This document shows, in pieces, positions 31,580-42,090 of a stretch of 64,000 bases of DNA; positions within the stretch are counted from its first letter, which is position 1, and every line of letters starts with the position of its first letter. A program made the position numbers and the translations under genes. The stretch covers positions 1,664,001 to 1,728,000 of the forward strand of contig CM000208.1 in assembly GCA_000002445.1 (NCBI GenBank), given 5' to 3'. The notes under the pieces are model-generated. The model had not been told where the DNA came from, made no database searches, and saw only the letters and a program-made list of their open reading frames with translations. Origin of the DNA: Trypanosoma brucei (lineage: Eukaryota).

Positions 31580-33052
31580 ATGAACAAGCAACACGGAACA
31601 GAAACAAATCGTTACGACTATGATGTGTCGCAGAAGGATCGGCGAAATTCTGATTCTCGGGAGTGTTCACCACATGCTGTGCCGCTACAAGGAATACCGC
31701 TATACCAAGGTGAAGGTAATAATCAAGAAGGATTGAAACGTTTTGTGGTACAAGGGTACAAGGATGTGTGGGCTGCAATATTATACATTTTATGCATTCT
31801 TGCAACTATTGGGCTTGGAATATATAATATTATGCGGAAGGATTCTTCGATGAAGGATGTAGAAAGCACTAATACAACAGCAGAAAATGAGCCTTCAAAT
31901 TCAAAGTCCCTTTGGAGTGTCTACTTTCTTGTTGGCGTGGCTGCTGCCGCTTCCATCGGTGCGGCGTCCGTGTCGTTTCTACTGATGCAGAAGTTTCCAC
32001 GCAAGACAATTCTTTTTGCAAACATTGCTGCCATAATTATAAACATCATTTCAGCTCTTTTGGCGTATCGATCAGGCTATATTGTGGCTTCTGCTGTAAT
32101 GATGACATTATGTGCCCTGCACATACTGTGGTTTTACTTTGCACGGCACCGAATTCCTTTTGCTGCAGAACTTCTCAAGGCCTCTATCGATGTGTTGTCT
32201 GGCTACAAGGCGGTATATTTATTCAATGTCATGTTATGTGTTGGTTGCACAGGATTACTTATACTGTGGGCAAACGCTTTTATGTGGGCGTTTCGGAGGG
32301 TTAAATGGGAGACATCCGCTTCTTTCGGGTGGCCTCTGCTTGTGTTCCTTATGCTTTTCTTATTTTGGACATCGCAGGTGACAACTAATCTGATGCATGT
32401 AACAACTGCTGGACTTACTGCTACATGGTACTTTGCTGGTAAGGAGAATATGCCAAAGAATCCCACCCTCGCCTCATTCAAGCGAGGTACCACCACAAGC
32501 TTCGGCTCCATTTGCTTTGGGTCACTGCTTGTGGCAATTATCCGTCTCATACGGTGGCTCGTGTCAACCGCAGAAGACAGTGAACATGAAATATTACGCT
32601 GTATATTCCTTTGTATTATTGGTTGTTTGGAGAGTTTGATGGAATACTTCAACACATACGCATTTGTTCATGTTGCCATCTATGGTTGTGGGTACATTGA
32701 AGCAGCGAAAATGACATGGGAGTTGTGTAAACAGTGTGTGTTTTCTGCCCTATTCAATGACACTCTGATTGATGTAACACTCGGGCTACTTGCTACTTGT
32801 GGTTCGCTACTGGTTGGTAGTGTTTTTGGTTTTCTCTTAAAATCCTGGGCAGCATTCGCGTTTGGTTTTGCCGTTTCTATATTGGTTCACCTCCTCATAT
32901 TCTCCCCCGTGGGTAGTGCTGTAACCACCTTATTCGTATGTTATGCGGAAGTGCCTGAGGGCCTTGAGCACTCATCCCCTGACTTGTACGCGGCTCTTCA
33001 GAGAACTGACCAAAACGGCACATCAAATGGAGCAGCACCTCCACGTGTGTAA
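31580..33052 (+). CDS. CTL/Pns1-like transporter, array copy 3 (mosaic of copy-2-type N-terminus and copy-1-type middle)
   Basis: N-terminus 'MNKQHGTETNRYDYDV' is copy-2-like. The middle 'TTAENEPSNSKSLWSVYFLVGVAAAASIGAASVSFLLM' is identical to copy 1. The C-terminal half is identical to copy 1. Confidence 0.75.
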   Translation: MNKQHGTETNRYDYDVSQKDRRNSDSRECSPHAVPLQGIPLYQGEGNNQEGLKRFVVQGYKDVWAAILYILCILATIGLGIYNIMRKDSSMKDVESTNTTAENEPSNSKSLWSVYFLVGVAAAASIGAASVSFLLMQKFPRKTILFANIAAIIINIISALLAYRSGYIVASAVMMTLCALHILWFYFARHRIPFAAELLKASIDVLSGYKAVYLFNVMLCVGCTGLLILWANAFMWAFRRVKWETSASFGWPLLVFLMLFLFWTSQVTTNLMHVTTAGLTATWYFAGKENMPKNPTLASFKRGTTTSFGSICFGSLLVAIIRLIRWLVSTAEDSEHEILRCIFLCIIGCLESLMEYFNTYAFVHVAIYGCGYIEAAKMTWELCKQCVFSALFNDTLIDVTLGLLATCGSLLVGSVFGFLLKSWAAFAFGFAVSILVHLLIFSPVGSAVTTLFVCYAEVPEGLEHSSPDLYAALQRTDQNGTSNGAAPPRV

Positions 33053-33725
33053 AACTTCTTAAGCTCATGCATATAAGGAGGATATGTGTTTGTCTCTCTT
33101 CTGCAAAAACTTTCCCTCCCATACCCAATTTCGCACACTCGCACCGTGTGAAGAAGAGTCAAATATCTTTTGTTTTTGATTCACTATATATAATGCACTG
33201 AAGCGTGTGTTATGCATGCAAATAAATTGATAACATCGCTGACTCTTCTTTTTGTTCTATTATATTACTCTGTTCGATTTGCTCTTGACTATTTTGTATT
33301 TTCTTTCCGTTTCATGTGATGGATGCGAGGGACATAACCACAACATATTGAATGTGTCGCGGTGTAAACTGCTCTGCTGTGAGCGGTCAGTATTGAGTTA
33401 ATATTTTTGTTCCGTGTGTTGAGGAAGTTGAATAGAGTCCTGATGCAGTCCACTCATGCGGTAAGCAGTGATGCGCCTTAGTGTGAAAATTCCTTTGATA
33501 CTGTGTGATTTGCACACTTCCATTCTTCTTCGTCACTGGAAGCTGTTGCTACTGCATACTAATGCATCATCATTTCCTATTTCCTTTCCTCTTCCATAAT
33601 TTTCCATTTTCTCTGTTTTGTAATCAAACAAATAAGATATATTGCAAGTGTACGCAATTGCTATCCAGCAACAAAGGGCTATAGACACTATTATCTCAGT
33701 GATAAGGTATTGTTTATTTCTGAAG

Positions 33726-35243
33726 ATGACGCAAAAGGGGTACGTCGGAGTTCCTGAGGAACCATACAGGTCTAAATTTACTCCTGAGGTGGGACCTTAT
33801 TATGGATTTGAAGGAGAAGGAACACATGCTGTGCCGCTACAAGGAATACCGCTATACCAAGGTGAAGGTAATAATCAAGAAGGATTGAAACGTTTTGTGG
33901 TACAAGGGTATAAGGATGTGTGGGCTGCAATATTATACATTTTATGCATTCTTGCAACTATTGGGCTTGGAATATATAATATTTGTCAGCAGGGATTGCG
34001 TAGTTTAATATCTGCTGATGTAGTAAATATTTTTTGGGCTTGTAATGATGATAGTTGTATTGACTCGGTGTGTCTTTTCTTTCTTCTTGCTTTTGCTTTT
34101 TCAGTTATTGTATGTTTGTCCTCTTTGTCGTTGATGAAACGTTTTGCTAGCGGAATAATCAAGGGTTGCAACGTTATTTTGCTTATTTTTTATGTCGTTG
34201 CTTTCCTTTTTTCGGTATGGGCACTTAATAACGCTTTTGCTATTCCATGGTTTTGTATGCTGGTTGTGCATTTACTTTGGCTTTTCTTTGCAGGTCGGCG
34301 TATTCCTCTCGCTGCTGAGCTTCTGAAAAGCTCTTCTACTGTGGTATGTAACTACAAAGCACTGTGCGCAGTCAACGCCGTCCTGTTTGGTGCACATGTC
34401 TTTTTCAGTGTTATGTGGGCGTCTGTTATGAAACCACTATATGCGCAGCTGGCGAAGATGGAGTTAAATCCGAGCGCTGGTGGAGCTCGCAATGAGGAAG
34501 ATTTGACTCTCAACATTCTATTCCTAAGCTTGCTTGCTCTGCTGTTCGTCATGTTTTGGGCGACGCAGGTGACAACTAATCTGATGCATGTAACAACTGC
34601 TGGACTTACTGCTACATGGTACTTTGCTGGTAAGGAGAATATGCCAAAGAATCCCACCCTCGCCTCATTCAAGCGAGGTACCACCACAAGCTTCGGCTCC
34701 ATTTGCTTTGGGTCACTGCTTGTGGCAATTATCCGTCTCATACGGTGGCTCGTGTCAACCGCAGAAGACAGTGAACATGAAATATTACGCTGTATATTCC
34801 TTTGTATTATTGGTTGTTTGGAGAGTTTGATGGAATACTTCAACACATACGCATTTGTTCATGTTGCCATCTATGGTTGTGGGTACACTGAAGCAGCGAA
34901 AATGACATGGGAGTTGTGTAAACGGTGTTCTTGTGCTGCTTTGTTTAATGACAGACTGATTGATGTGACATTATTTGTTGCTTCATTTATTGGTTCGCTA
35001 CTGGTTGGTGTTATCGTCGGTCTTGTGTCTGCATCGGGAGGTGGATTTGCGTTTGGTTTCACCGTTTCTATATTGGTTCACCTTTTCATATTCTCCCCCG
35101 TGGGTAGTGCTGTAACCACCTTATTCGTATGTTATGCGGAAGTGCCTGAGGGCCTTGAGCACTCATCCCCTGACTTGTACGCGGCTCTTCAGAGAACTGA
35201 CCAAAACGGCACATCAAATGGAGCAGCACCTCCACGTGTGTAA
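33726..35243 (+). CDS. CTL/Pns1-like transporter, array copy 4 (subfamily B, divergent transmembrane core)
   Basis: The ORF-track start at 33642 reads through the conserved 5' flank. The first Met aligned with the other copies is at 33726 ('MTQKGYVGVPEEPYRSKF'). The 'GEGNNQEGLKRFVVQGYKDVWAAILYILCILATIGLGIYNI' segment is shared with copy 3. Then comes a divergent TM region with 'RRIPLAAELLKSSSTVVCNYKAL'. The invariant core and shared tail follow. Confidence 0.7.
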   Translation: MTQKGYVGVPEEPYRSKFTPEVGPYYGFEGEGTHAVPLQGIPLYQGEGNNQEGLKRFVVQGYKDVWAAILYILCILATIGLGIYNICQQGLRSLISADVVNIFWACNDDSCIDSVCLFFLLAFAFSVIVCLSSLSLMKRFASGIIKGCNVILLIFYVVAFLFSVWALNNAFAIPWFCMLVVHLLWLFFAGRRIPLAAELLKSSSTVVCNYKALCAVNAVLFGAHVFFSVMWASVMKPLYAQLAKMELNPSAGGARNEEDLTLNILFLSLLALLFVMFWATQVTTNLMHVTTAGLTATWYFAGKENMPKNPTLASFKRGTTTSFGSICFGSLLVAIIRLIRWLVSTAEDSEHEILRCIFLCIIGCLESLMEYFNTYAFVHVAIYGCGYTEAAKMTWELCKRCSCAALFNDRLIDVTLFVASFIGSLLVGVIVGLVSASGGGFAFGFTVSILVHLFIFSPVGSAVTTLFVCYAEVPEGLEHSSPDLYAALQRTDQNGTSNGAAPPRV

Positions 35244-35916
35244 AACTTCTTAAGCTCATGCATATAAGGAGGATATGTGTTTGTCTCTCTTCTGCAAAAA
35301 CTTTCCCTCCCATACCCAATTTCGCACACTCGCACCGTGTGAAGAAGAGTCAAATATCTTTTGTTTTTGATTCACTATATATAATGCACTGAAGCGTGTG
35401 TTATGCATGCAAATAAATTGATAACATCGCTGACTCTTCTTTTTGTTCTATTATATTACTCTGTTCGATTTGCTCTTGACTATTTTGTATTTTCTTTCCG
35501 TTTCATGTGATGGATGCGAGGGACATAACCACAACATATTGAATGTGTCGCGGTGTAAACTGCTCTGTTGTGAGCGGTCAGTATTGAGTTAATATTTTTG
35601 TTCCGTGTGTTGAGGAAGTTGAATAGAGTCCTGATGCAGTCCACTCATGCGGTAAGCAGTGATGCGCCTTAGTGTGAAAATTCCTTTGATACTGTGTGAT
35701 TTGCACACTTCCATTCTTCTTCGTCACTGGAAGCTGTTTCTACTGCATACTAATGCATCATCATTTCCTATTTCCTTTCCTCCTCCATCATTTTCCATTT
35801 TCTCTGTTTTTTAATCAAACAAATAAGATATATTGCAAGTGTACGCAATTGCTATCCAGCAACAAAGGGCTATAGACACTATTATCTCAGTGATAAGGTA
35901 TTGTTTATTTCTGAAG

Positions 35917-37470
35917 ATGACGCAAAAGGGGTACGTCGGAGTTCCTGAGGAACCATACAGGTCTAAATTTACTCCTGAGGGGGGACCTTATTATGGATTT
36001 GAAGGAGAAGGAACACATGCTGTGCCGCACAAGGGAATACCGCTATACCAGGTGAAGGTTAATATCAAAAAGGGATTGAAACGTTTTGTGGTCAAGGGTA
36101 TTAGGGATGTGTGGGCTGCAATTTAATACATTTATGCATTTCTTGCAACTATTGGCTTTGCGTGGTATAATACTTTTTCTCAAAATTTTTCTGAAATTAT
36201 ATAGGATAGTGTTGGAAAGTTATTCTGGCGCAGTTCTGACGAATGCTTTACTGTTTTTCTCTCTGTTCTTTTCTTTGTTTCTTCTGTCAGTTCAGTAATT
36301 TTATCCTTGTTTTCTTTATCGTTGATGAAGCGCTTTCCACATGATATGATCATCACGGCAAACCTTCTATTCTTTGCCGTGTGCATTGTTGGTTTTTTGT
36401 TGTCTATTCTTTGGGGAAATCTTTATTTACTTCTTTTATGTTTGGGTCTTTTTATTGTGCATTGGTTATGTTTTACGGAGTTGCGGAACCGCGTTCCATT
36501 CGCTGCTGAGCTTCTGAAAAGCTCTTCTACTGTGGTATGTAACTACAAAGCACTGTGCGCAGTCAACGTCGTCCTCTTTGGTATGTTTACCCTTTTTCTG
36601 GTTTTGTGGTGCTCCGCTTTCTCTGCACTGAGCAATGTGTTGAGTAAACAACCAGACCCGAGCAGTGGTGTGAGTGGTAAACGAGGCAATTCATTTTTGA
36701 TTATTTCTGTATATTTACTGCACCTAATGTTGCTGTTTGTCATGTTTTGGGCGACGCAGGTGACAACTAATCTGATGCATGTAACAACTGCTGGACTTAC
36801 TGCTACATGGTACTTTGCTGGTAAGGAGAATATGCCAAAGAATCCCACCCTCGCCTCATTCAAGCGAGGTACCACCACAAGCTTCGGCTCCATTTGCTTT
36901 GGGTCACTGCTTGTGGCAATTATCCGTCTCATACGGTGGCTCGTGTCAACCGCAGAAGACAGTGAACATGAAATATTACGCTGTATATTCCTTTGTATTA
37001 TTGGTTGTTTGGAGAGTTTGATGGAATACTTCAACACATACGCATTTGTTCATGTTGCCATCTATGGTTGTGGGTACACTGAAGCAGCGAAAATGACATG
37101 GGAGTTGTATAAACGGTGTTCTTGTGCTGCTTTGTTTAGTTGTTTTTTTGTTGACGCTATGTTGTGTCTATTTGCAGTACTAAGCGCCCTTCTTGTTTGT
37201 GCTGTTGTTTGTACTGCTTATGGTTTAGTCTTTGATTTATCGTTTGGTATTTTGCATATTACCGCTGAAATCTTCGTATTCAGTTTTGGTGTTTGTATGT
37301 TGGTTCACCTCTTCGTCTTTTCTTCCGTAACCAGTGCTGTAACCACCTTATTCGTATGTTATGCGGAAGTGCCTGAGGGCCTTGAGCACTCATCCCCTGA
37401 CTTGTACGCGGCTCTTCAGAGAACTGACCAAAACGGCACATCAAATGGAGCAGCACCTCCACGTGTGTAA
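35917..37470 (+). pseudogene. CTL/Pns1-like transporter, array copy 5, disrupted by frameshifts in the N-terminal third (probable pseudogene or sequencing-error-containing copy)
   Basis: The copy-4-type start 'MTQKGYVGVPEEPYRSKFTPE' (35917) runs only to 36126. The frame resumes at 36307 with a subfamily-B middle 'RVPFAAELLKSSSTVVCNYKALCAVNVV' and the invariant core. The 36000-36310 interval shows multiple substitutions/indels relative to copy 4. Confidence 0.6.
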
Positions 37471-38107
37471 AACTTCTTAAGCTCATGCATATAAGGAGGA
37501 TATGTGTTTGTCTCTCTTCTGCAAAAACTTTCCCTCCCATACCCAATTTCGCACACTCGCACCGTGTGAAGAAGAGTCAAATATCTTTTGTTTTTGATTC
37601 ACTATATATAATGCACTGAAGCGTGTGTTATGTATGCAAATAAATTGATAACATCGCTGACTCTTCTTTTTGTTCTATTATATTACTCTGTTCGATTTGC
37701 TCTTGACTATTTTGTATTTTCTTTCCGTTTCATGTGATGGATGCGAGGGACATAACCACAACATATTGAATGTGTCGCGGTGTAAACTGCTCTGTTGTGA
37801 GCGGTCAGTATTGAGTTAATATTTTTGTTCCGTGTGTTGAGGAAGTTGAATAGAGTCCTGATGCAGTCCACTCATGCGGTAATAGGAGTGACATTCCAAT
37901 GTTTGTACATTATTTGTGTCGTTTTAAATTTATTACGTCTTTTTTTTTTTTGTGTGTGTGTGTGCTTCTTGTCTTTCTGATGTTGTGGTGATGTCTTCTA
38001 TCTGTTTTTTTTTCAGTTTCTATTCATTGCTTAATATTGTTTTTTTACTTCTTTTTTATTGTTGGTGTAGATACGGATTGTAGAAGTCGTGTTGTTGGTC
38101 TGCCTGA

Positions 38108-38761
38108 ATGCGTGCGCTGTTTGGCGGTTTTGTCTTTGTTGTTGGTAACGATGTGCCGCAAGAGGTGCTTTCTCTAGTCGTTGCTTGTGGGGGTCGAGTG
38201 TGCAGGGAACTCACAGCTGCCACTACGCATGGCTTAGTTGTTGGACCTGAGTGCGGGGATTCTATTGATGTTGAACAATTACGCGGCCTGCGGATTCCAA
38301 TACTTCGAACTCATTGGATACGTGCGTGTGTAGCTGCTTTACGTATTTTGCCGATGAAAGGGGCAGCTGCTGCGTTCGACCCTTTTCTTTTTGATTCTTT
38401 ATTGTTTACAACTACGATGATGCGATGTGACCTGAAGGATCGTGTTGCTGCTCTTATTATTTTTTTGGGAGGTTCCTATTCTCCTCATCTTACCATCAGC
38501 ACTGATGTAGTGCTGGTTGGAGATGATGCGGTGGAGTCAATTAGTGGGAGTGATTGCGTTGTTGACGTTTCGCTTGTTGATAAGTCGCATCGTGGTCCCG
38601 CGAAACCTTTGGGTGCTGCAAATGCGGGCGTTAAGCGTGGTGTGCGTAGCTCAAAGTTAAAGCTGGCCGCAAGTCGCTCAATTCCATGTGTGAATTTGGT
38701 TTGGTTACAAAAGTGTATTTCCACTGGACAGGTGCATCTTCCCGTGACTGGGGGGTTGTGA
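38108..38761 (+). CDS. hypothetical protein with two BRCT-like domains
   Basis: The first module 'LFGGFVFVVGN....THGLVVG........IPILRTHWIRACV' and the second 'LFDSLLFTTT...DRVAALIIFLGGSY.......VVLVGDD......IPCVNLVWLQKCISTG' both follow the BRCT pattern. That pattern is a hydrophobic core, a G/GG turn, and a C-terminal W..xC. Confidence 0.45.
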   Translation: MRALFGGFVFVVGNDVPQEVLSLVVACGGRVCRELTAATTHGLVVGPECGDSIDVEQLRGLRIPILRTHWIRACVAALRILPMKGAAAAFDPFLFDSLLFTTTMMRCDLKDRVAALIIFLGGSYSPHLTISTDVVLVGDDAVESISGSDCVVDVSLVDKSHRGPAKPLGAANAGVKRGVRSSKLKLAASRSIPCVNLVWLQKCISTGQVHLPVTGGL

Positions 38762-39902
38762 TGGTGCCTAGGGCCATTATTTATTATTTTTTTTACATTA
38801 GATATTACCATAGATCTTTTAATTGTGCTTTCTGTTTCGTACGTTTTATTAAGTTTCTTTTTCATTTCGTAAGCTGGTGTTCTGTTTTGAACATGTACTT
38901 TGCGGCACAAAGATTATCGTTGAAGAAAGTGTGTTTTGTACTTTTCGTTAAGTTATTATTCTTGTTGAGAGCTTAGCGACGCGTATCGTACAGAAAGTTT
39001 GCTAACTTTTCCACCACTGGTGTTGATGAATGGAGCAGCCGGGCTTGTTTGCACAGGGGGTGTGATGTTGACGTGTGCCTAGATATTAGATTGTGGATTT
39101 TCCTAGAAAAGAGAAAGGTTTGTATGCGGTGGAAGTGTCTGATGCGCGGTTTCGACCAGCGGGCCGACATTTGACAGAAGAGATTCTTCAGAGCTATTTA
39201 TTCCCGATTGAAGAGTTTCAGTTGTTTTATTTCTTTTTTAAAGTTTCATCTCTCTTTTTCTTCAGTGTGCGGTTCCCTTCTTCTCAGTTGACTTTCGGTG
39301 ACTCTGTTTCATTGCGCCCTTCTCGGTTATGTTGCTTCGTGCATATCCGTTGTTTCTTTTTTCTCCCCTTCTCTTGTCATCTTGCTTTGACTAGTTTCAT
39401 TCACAGGAAGGTTGATAATCGTCTCCACCCCGTTTTTTTTTTTGTGTTACTCATCATTTCGGAGGGGAATTGCTCATGTAACGGGGTCTCCGTTTAAAAG
39501 CGCTTCTTTTTTTTTTAAAAAAAACTCTACATTTCCTTTTTGTATTGAATGTTGTCGTTGGTTTCAACTGCCTTTCTCTTCTGTATTGCTGGGGACTTTT
39601 ATTCGTTTGTGAACTTTTTTTTTGTTTTCGGGCCCGTTTAGAAGGAAAGAAAAAAGGGAACTATATTTCTGTGTAGGCAGACGGGCGGGCTCACCACCGC
39701 AGATTGAGGCCGCGGTGATTGGGACTTGGCAAGCACCCTAAGGAAAGGCTGTCAACAAAATAGTTGTAATAAAGCCGAAACATTTGTGTGTGTGCGTGAG
39801 AGAAGGGGGGGGGAAACAGAAGAGGAGGCACTTAGAACAATAGTAAAAGCATCGTAGGGGAAACGGGTGAGGGGTTTGTGATAACAGGACGCCGGCAACC
39901 AA

Positions 39903-41678
39903 TTGATAATGTCGACCGCGCCTCCCAATCTGTTTAGCACAGTGGCAGCCTACATGGACGCGATTCTCCCCGCAGACAACGCAATGAAGGTTTTGCTGGT
40001 GGACGAAGCCACCCTTCATATAATCTCCATGGTGCGCTCGCAGACATTTTTACTCAGCAGGGGTGTGTTTCTTGTAGCGCGCGTCGATAACCACTCGCAA
40101 CGAAAGTGCATGGGGAACATGCGCTGTGTTGTGTTTATCCGACCGCAAGTTCTTAGTGTTAATGCGGTATGTGATGAACTCCGCAATCCAAAGTATGAGA
40201 GCTATGCCATTTACTTCAGTGCAGCAGCTCCATCAGAGCTACTCGATTCCTTAGCTTGCGCTGATGTGAGGGGTGTCGTGAGGTCAGTCTGCGAGGTGTT
40301 CTGCGACTTTGTTACACTGAATGCCGATGCGTTTGTCACCGCTGCCCCTGTTCCCAATGTGTTGCTACCTGGATTTATGAACTCTGGGTCATTGAAACGT
40401 GTGGCTGAGGGCATTGCGTCCACCTTTGTGGCTCACCGACGGCGCCCATACGTGCGTTATGATCAGCGGAGTGCTTTCGCTCGGAGCCTGGCAACGGTGC
40501 TCAATGATGTTCTAGGAGAAAACATTGAACTGTATGATTACAAGAGCAAGGATACCGTGTTGTTGATACTGGACCGGAACAGTGATGCCCTTACGCCTCT
40601 CATTACGCCATGGACGTACCAATCCATGCTCAACGAGCACGTAGGCCTTCAGTACAACCGACTACACTTCTCTGCTGCTACGTCTCAGAACAATCAGGAA
40701 CAAAAAGGGAGCGAAGAGGGGGAGGGAGAGTACGTGTTTTCACCAAATGATGATTCCTTTTTTGCCGCGAATATGTTTGCAAACTGGGGGGATCTGTGCC
40801 AGAACGTAAAGGAATTTGTCGACAAATGCAAATCAACGATCAATATTGATCGGAATACGGCCACAATGGATGAAATAAAGGATTACGTGCAACGGATTTC
40901 ACACACTAAGAGCATGGCGGGCTCAGTGGAAAAGCACGCTACAGTTGTAACGCACCTTTCATCAGAGATTAAGAAGCGTGGACTGCTCGAAACATCGCTT
41001 CTCGAGCAACACATGATCGTTGCTAATGACCCAACGGGGCATTGGAACCGCCTCCAGGATTTTGTTTGCCAGCGCAACCGCGGCAGTGGCGACGGTGTGG
41101 CGACTGTCACCGACATCGTCCGCTTATGCTTGATTTATCACCTGAAGTATGAAAAACCCCACCAACCATCGCGTGTGACAGAGGTGCTAAGGGGCCTAGG
41201 GGCAAACTACGGAGATCTATTGCGCAAACTACGCCAGTACAACGGTGACAGGCCGACTGAAGAGCTCTTTGGTGCCACTGGCGTCATAGCAACAATAGTT
41301 AAAAGCTTTGTTGATTCGGAGAATATTTATACACAGCACGAGGCAGTGTTGAAACGAACGCTACTGCAACTCTTCAGCGGTCGGCTACCCGTAGAGCAGT
41401 ATCCGTATCTCGGCCCCTCTTCACCTGGGAACGCTGGTGCATCTTGTTTTCACCAGCCTCAGCAACCGTTCACGTTCAAACCGAAGGAAGTGATTGTTTT
41501 TATGTGCGGTGGATATACTTATTCCGAGGCGGCGGTAATTAATGCTATTAACACGGGTTCAGCATATACCGGCTCAGCCGCAAGTAGTCTTCCACAAGGT
41601 CCTGTGCACGCCTGCATCGGTGGGACTGGAGTCCTTAACAGTGAAACCTTCCTGAGCCTGCTAGCAGCGCACGCATGA
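39903..41678 (+). CDS. Sec1/Munc18 (SM) family protein, VPS45-like
   Basis: 'MKVLLVDEATLHIISMVRSQTFLLSRGVFLVARVDN' matches VPS45 'MKVLLMD..T..IVSMVYTQSEIL...VYLFE.ID'. 'LILDRNSDALTPLITPWTYQSMLNEHVGL' is the SM-family signature ('LDR..D..TPL...WTYQ.M.hE..gi'). The 591-aa size fits VPS45. Confidence 0.7.
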   Translation: MIMSTAPPNLFSTVAAYMDAILPADNAMKVLLVDEATLHIISMVRSQTFLLSRGVFLVARVDNHSQRKCMGNMRCVVFIRPQVLSVNAVCDELRNPKYESYAIYFSAAAPSELLDSLACADVRGVVRSVCEVFCDFVTLNADAFVTAAPVPNVLLPGFMNSGSLKRVAEGIASTFVAHRRRPYVRYDQRSAFARSLATVLNDVLGENIELYDYKSKDTVLLILDRNSDALTPLITPWTYQSMLNEHVGLQYNRLHFSAATSQNNQEQKGSEEGEGEYVFSPNDDSFFAANMFANWGDLCQNVKEFVDKCKSTINIDRNTATMDEIKDYVQRISHTKSMAGSVEKHATVVTHLSSEIKKRGLLETSLLEQHMIVANDPTGHWNRLQDFVCQRNRGSGDGVATVTDIVRLCLIYHLKYEKPHQPSRVTEVLRGLGANYGDLLRKLRQYNGDRPTEELFGATGVIATIVKSFVDSENIYTQHEAVLKRTLLQLFSGRLPVEQYPYLGPSSPGNAGASCFHQPQQPFTFKPKEVIVFMCGGYTYSEAAVINAINTGSAYTGSAASSLPQGPVHACIGGTGVLNSETFLSLLAAHA

Positions 41679-42090
41679 TGTGCCGCCCTCGCCTGTTTTG
41701 GCGGGGACATTGCGCCTCCGCATGGTGGTATGAATAAACGAAACCAAAATACGGTGCGCGGGGGGGGGCGCAAAACGGTGGGGATATGTTTTTGGTGAGC
41801 AAGCTGTCAGCTACAATCCTTGCTTTTGTTTTCCTTTCACGATCTATACAAGAATAAAATCCTTCAGTAACCGGATGCTGACTTGCGTTGATGGTGTGTA
41901 CGTGCATAGCACCTTCACTGTTTAATGGGTCATACCCCTTACCGTATCATATATATCCACCTTGTCCTTCCTGCTCCTTTCTCTTATGCGTTTCCATTCT
42001 GTCTTGTTGCTTCTGCTGCTGTTGACATCTCAACGTTTGGTCAGAGGGAGTAACTTACCCTCCAGCATCGTTGGTTGAGGTGGCGTACGC

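Larger units (their letters stand above)
27150..37885 (+). repeat. head-to-tail tandem array (unit ~2.15-2.23 kb) of five CTL/Pns1-like transporter genes
   Basis: Five units. Their 3' coding ~900 nt, 3' flank and 5' flank are (near-)identical. N-terminal/TM-encoding portions differ between units. Only the 5' flank of unit 1 and the sequence after 37885 are unique. Confidence 0.95.

Noticed and set aside
33642-33725. ORF-track start of array copy 4 (and 35833 for copy 5) giving an 'MQVYAIAIQQQRAIDTIISVIRYCLFLK' N-terminal extension.
   Set aside because: This stretch is the conserved 5' flank shared, out of frame, with copies 2 and 3. The extension exists only because the frame happens to stay open. 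The first Met aligned with the other copies is at 33726 / 35917.
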